From the human T2T-CHM13v2.0 reference genome, Homo sapiens, in the NCBI RefSeq assembly GCF_009914755.1, contig NC_060934.1: 64,000 nucleotides of DNA, one strand, 5' to 3'. Below the pieces are notes generated by a model. It worked only from the letters and a program-made list of their open reading frames with translations, made no database searches and was not told the origin of the DNA. Positions 59,868-64,000 of the stretch are shown here, piece after piece. The first letter of the stretch is position 1. Every line of letters begins with the position of its first letter. Position numbers and translations under genes: made by a program.

Positions 59868-60227
59868 TGATATGGTTTGGCTCTGTGTCCCCAACCAAGT
59901 CTCATATTGAATTGTAATAATGCCCATGTTTCATGGGAGGGGCCCAGTGGGAGGTAATTGAATCTTGAGAGTGGGTTTTTCCCATGCTATTCTCATAACA
60001 GTGAATAAGTCTCGTGAGATCTGATGATTGTATAAAAGGGCAGTTCCCCTGCACAAGCCTTCATGCCTGCTGCCATGTAAGACATGTCTTGCTTCCCTTT
60101 TACCTTTCACTGTGATTGTGGGGCCCCTGCAGCCATGTGGAACTGTGAGTCAATTAAACCTCTTTCCTTCATAAATTACTCAGTCTCAGGTATGTCTTTA
60201 TTAGCCACGTGAGAACAGACTATTACA
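59868..60227 (+). mobile_element. THE1B-like MaLR solo LTR
   Basis: tgatatggtttgg...gactattaca; perfect TSD TAAGG; TATAAAA at 60031; donor CAG|GTATGT at 60189/60190. Confidence 0.93.
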
Positions 60228-61350
60228 TAAGGGTTCCCATTTCTTCACATCTTTGCCAGTATTTGTTTTGTTTTTTGTCTTTTTGGTAATAACCATTCTA
60301 CTTGGGGTGAGGTAATATCTCATTATGGTTTTTGTTTGCATTTCCCTCATGATTAGTGATGTTGAGCATTTTTTTACACTCCTGTTGGCAATGTTTATGT
60401 ATTCTTTAGATAAATATCTGTTCAGATCTTTTGCCCATTTTAAAATTCAATTATTTAGCTTTTTGCTATTGAGTTGTTTGAGTTCTTTATATATTCTGGA
60501 TATCAGCCACTTGTCAGATGCATAGTTTGCAAATATTTTCTCCTATTCTATAGATTGTCTCTTCACTCTGTTGATTGTTTCCTTTGTTGTACAAATGCTT
60601 TTTAGTTTGCTATAATACCATTTGTCTATTTTTGCTTTTGTTGCCTATGCTTTTGAGCATAGGCAACAAAAAATCCTTGCCCAGGCCTATGTCCTAAAAC
60701 ATTTCCCCTATGTTTTCTTCTAGTAGTTTTACAGTTTCAGGTCTTACATTTAACTCTTCAATCCATTTTGAGTTGATTTTTTTTAATATGGTGAAAGAAA
60801 GTGGTAGAGTTTTATTCTTCTGAATGTCAATATCTAGTTTTCTCAGCACCATTTACTAAAGAGGCTGTCCTGTCTCCCAGTGTGTGTTCTTGACACCTTT
60901 GTCAAAAAAAATCAGTTGGCTATAACTGCTTGCATTTATTTCTGGGTTCTCCATTCTCTCACATTAGTCTATATGTCTTGTTTTTATGCTAATATCATGT
61001 TGTTTTGGTTACTATAGCTTTGTAGTGTATCTTGAAGTTAGGTAGTTTAATGCCTCCAGCTCTGTTCTTTTTGCTTAAGATTGCTTTGGTTATTTGGGTT
61101 TTTTTATGGTTTGGTACATATTTTAGGATTGTTTTTTCTATTTTTGTGAAGAATGTTAATTTTTTTGATCGGGATTGCATTGAAATTCTAGATCACTTTG
61201 TGCAGTATGAACATTTTAACAATATTAATTCTTCTAACCCATGAACATAAAATACCTTTCCATTTATTTGTGTCCTCTTCAGTTCGTTTCATTGATATTT
61301 TATATTTTCATTGTAGAAATCTTTCACCACTTTGATTCAATGTATTCTTG

Positions 61351-61660
<310 letters not shown>

Positions 61661-62464
61661 CAGGGATTGCTTTCTCGATTTCTTTTTCAGATAGTTTGCT
61701 ATTGGTGTATGGAAACAGTACTAATTTCTGTATGTTGATTTTGTACCATGCAACTTTAATGAACTTATGAATTCTAACGGTTTTTTTGGTGGAGACTTTA
61801 GAAGATCACGTCATCAGCAGACAGAGAAAATTTGACTTCTTTCTTTCCAATTTGGATGCTCTCTATTTCTTTCTCTTACCTAATTGCTGTGGCAGGGACT
61901 TCCAGTACTATGTTGAATACAAGTGGTGAAAGTGGGCATCCTTGTCTTATTCCAGATTTTAGAGGAAAAGCTTTCAGCTTTTTTTTACTCAATATGATAT
62001 TAGCTGTGGGTTTGTCATATATGTCCTTTATTGTGTTGAGATATGTTCCTTTTCACACCTAATTTGTTGATGATTTTCATCATGAAGGGATGTTACCTTT
62101 AGTCAAATCCTTTTGTTGACGTTGATTGAGACGATCATATGGTTTTTCTCCTTGCAGAGTCTCATAGGAGTCCTCAGTGAAATGCAAGACAGCGCAGGTT
62201 CCTGACAGCATCTCTCCATCCAGGCCAAGGCAGACTGGCCGTCTCACAGCTGGATGGGGACACAGATCGAGTTCTGGCAACTGAAATGTGAGTGGACTTA
62301 AATGGGTCGCTTCTCAGCTAAGGCAATGGTAGTTCCCTCTTCTGGTGCATGGGCTGAGAGGGCCCCGTGTTCCAAGAGGCATAGCCACTGGTTGGTGAGG
62401 GGCTGTGATACGTGAACAAGCATGGGCTTGAGGGACTGGGGAAAGGGAGCGATTAAGAAGTGCA

Positions 62465-62769
62465 GGCCGGGCATGATGGCTCATGCCTGTAATCTCAGCA
62501 CTTCGGGAGGCCAAGACGGGAGGATCACTTGAGGTCAGGAGTTTGAGACCAGCCTGACCAACATGGTGAAACCTCGTCCTACTAAAAATACAAAAATTAG
62601 CCAGGCGTTGTGGCACACGCCTGTAATCCCAACTACTTGGGAGGCTGAGGCAGGAGAATCACTTGACTCCGAGAGGTGGAGGTTGCAGTGTGCCGAGATC
62701 AGCCATTTCACTCCAGCCTGGGCGACAGAGCGAGACTCCATCTCAAAAAAAAAAAAAAAAAAAAAAAAA
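62465..62769 (+). mobile_element. AluS (Sx/Sz-like)
   Basis: Full Alu, long poly(A), TSD AAGAAGTGCA. Confidence 0.95.
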
Positions 62770-62798
62770 GAAGTGCAGCAATTAAGAATGAAGACATT

Positions 62799-63897
62799 GG
62801 GCGTCCGGGCGAGGCTCGGGGCGCGAGGATCGCGCAGGGCAGCGGGTTCGCCAGCCGGGGGGAGGGGCCGGGGCGGTGGCGGCGGCGGCGCAGGAGGCGG
62901 TGGCGGCGGGGGCTGGTACTGGACCCGGCGGGATGAGCGAGGTGGAGGCGGCAGCGGTGGCGACAGCGGTCCCCGCGGCGACGGTGCCCGCGACGGTGGC
63001 AGGGGTGGTAGCGGTGGTGGTACCGGTGCCCGCAGGGGAGCCGCAGAAAGCAGGCGGCGGGGCGGGCGGCTGCGGCGGGGACGGAGCCGCCTTGGACCCC
63101 GCTGCTGGGACCCCCTCGGCGCCGGGCCCCCGCACCCCTGGCAACCCGGCGACGGCGACCTCGGGAACCCCCGCCCGGAGTCAGGCGGACAAGCCGGTGC
63201 TGGCAACCCGAGTCCTGCCTGGGCACTGCCAAACGGTTCAACGTCCGGAGTGGTTACGGATTCACCAACAGGAATGACGCCAAGGAAGATGTCTTCGTTC
63301 ACTGGACAGCTGTTAAAAGAAACAACCCCAGGAAGTTTCTGCGCAGCGTTAGAGATGGGGAGACTGTGGAATTTGATGTCGTGGAAGGAGAGAAGGGCGC
63401 AGAAGCCACTAATGTAACTGGGCCCAGGGCGGCGGGGGTGCCCATGAAGGGCACCGTTATGCCCCCAACCGACGTAGGTTCCGCTGATTCATCCCCGGCC
63501 TCCCTCAGTTGCCCCACCACCCATGGTGGCAGAGATCCCCTCTCGGGGGACAGAACCTGGCGGCGAAGGGGAGCGGGCCGAAGACTCTGGGCAGCGGCCC
63601 AGACGATGGCGCCCCCCACCCTTCTACCTACGGCGGTTTGTGCGAGGCCCCCGGCCCCCCAACCAGCAGCAGCCTATAGAGGGCACTGATGGGGTAGAAC
63701 CAAACAGACAGCCCCATTGGAGGGGCACCAACAGCAGGGAGATGAGTGGGTCCCCCCGCCCAGATTCCGGCCCAGGTACCTAAGGCCTTTACGCCCCAGG
63801 CCACCCCAGCAGCCTACCATGGAAGGTGGGGACAGTGATACCAAGCCCAGCCAAGGAAATTATTTTTTAAAAAAATTAAAAATAATAAATAATAAAA
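62799..63897 (+). pseudogene. YBX2P1: Processed pseudogene of Y-box binding protein 2 (YBX2/MSY2), probably YBX2P1
   Basis: ATG at 62933 gives MSEVEAAAVATAVPAATVPAT...ADKPVLA; cold-shock domain ([28 protein letters not shown]) in a shifted frame; no introns; frameshifts and a TGA; A-rich tail; TSD AAGAATGAAGACATT (62784-62798, 63898-63912). The P1 designation is from memory. Confidence 0.93.
62800..63350. promoter_or_regulatory. Retrocopy-derived CpG island
   Basis: Very high GC and CpG density over the YBX2 5'UTR and first coding region. Confidence 0.8.
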
Positions 63898-63903
63898 AAG
63901 AAT

Positions 63904-64000
63904 GAAGACATTTATGCAGCCAACAAACATATGAAAAAAAGCTCATTATCACTGATCATTAGAGAAATGCAAATCAAAACCACAATGAGATACCATCTCA
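63904..64000 (+). mobile_element. L1PA ORF2 3' fragment (continues beyond the window)
   Basis: gaagacatttatgcagccaacaaacatatgaaaaaaagctca...aatgagataccatctca. Confidence 0.9.

Noticed and set aside
62535-63417. 284-aa (+) and 255-aa (-) ORFs
   Set aside because: They run through an Alu and off-frame or antisense GC-rich pseudogene sequence
62799-63897. Functional YBX2 gene or intact retrogene
   Set aside because: Intronless, at least three frameshifts, in-frame TGA (~63486), C-terminus missing

Overview
Human genomic DNA (it contains a human-specific AluYb8), essentially intergenic and rich in repeats. I found no intact protein-coding gene: almost all listed ORFs come from repeats, low-complexity tracts or GC-rich sequence. 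The only gene-derived sequence is a processed YBX2 (MSY2/contrin) pseudogene at 62799-63897 (+), with a 15-bp TSD, several frameshifts and an unexplained loss of its 3' part despite an A-rich tail. From memory this fits YBX2P1 at 10q26.13 between CPXM2 and CHST15; I cannot confirm that here. Other landmarks are an orphan CpG island (~43.8-44.6 kb) preceded by a ~0.9-kb CA-rich tract and a ~0.5-kb G/A-rich tract, a MER41B LTR nested in a Tigger3 MITE, a truncated MER31 provirus, and a full-length but shattered HSMAR2 mariner inside an L1. The leading hypothesis is an LTR-driven unit on the + strand: a THE1B with TATA box and splice donor, then a cryptic exon at 62158-62287, then read-through across the CpG-rich YBX2 retrocopy. 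This resembles known LTR-initiated oocyte transcription that creates maternally methylated DMRs, and is inference only. Repeat subfamily calls come from recalled consensus sequences, and boundaries of old elements are approximate.
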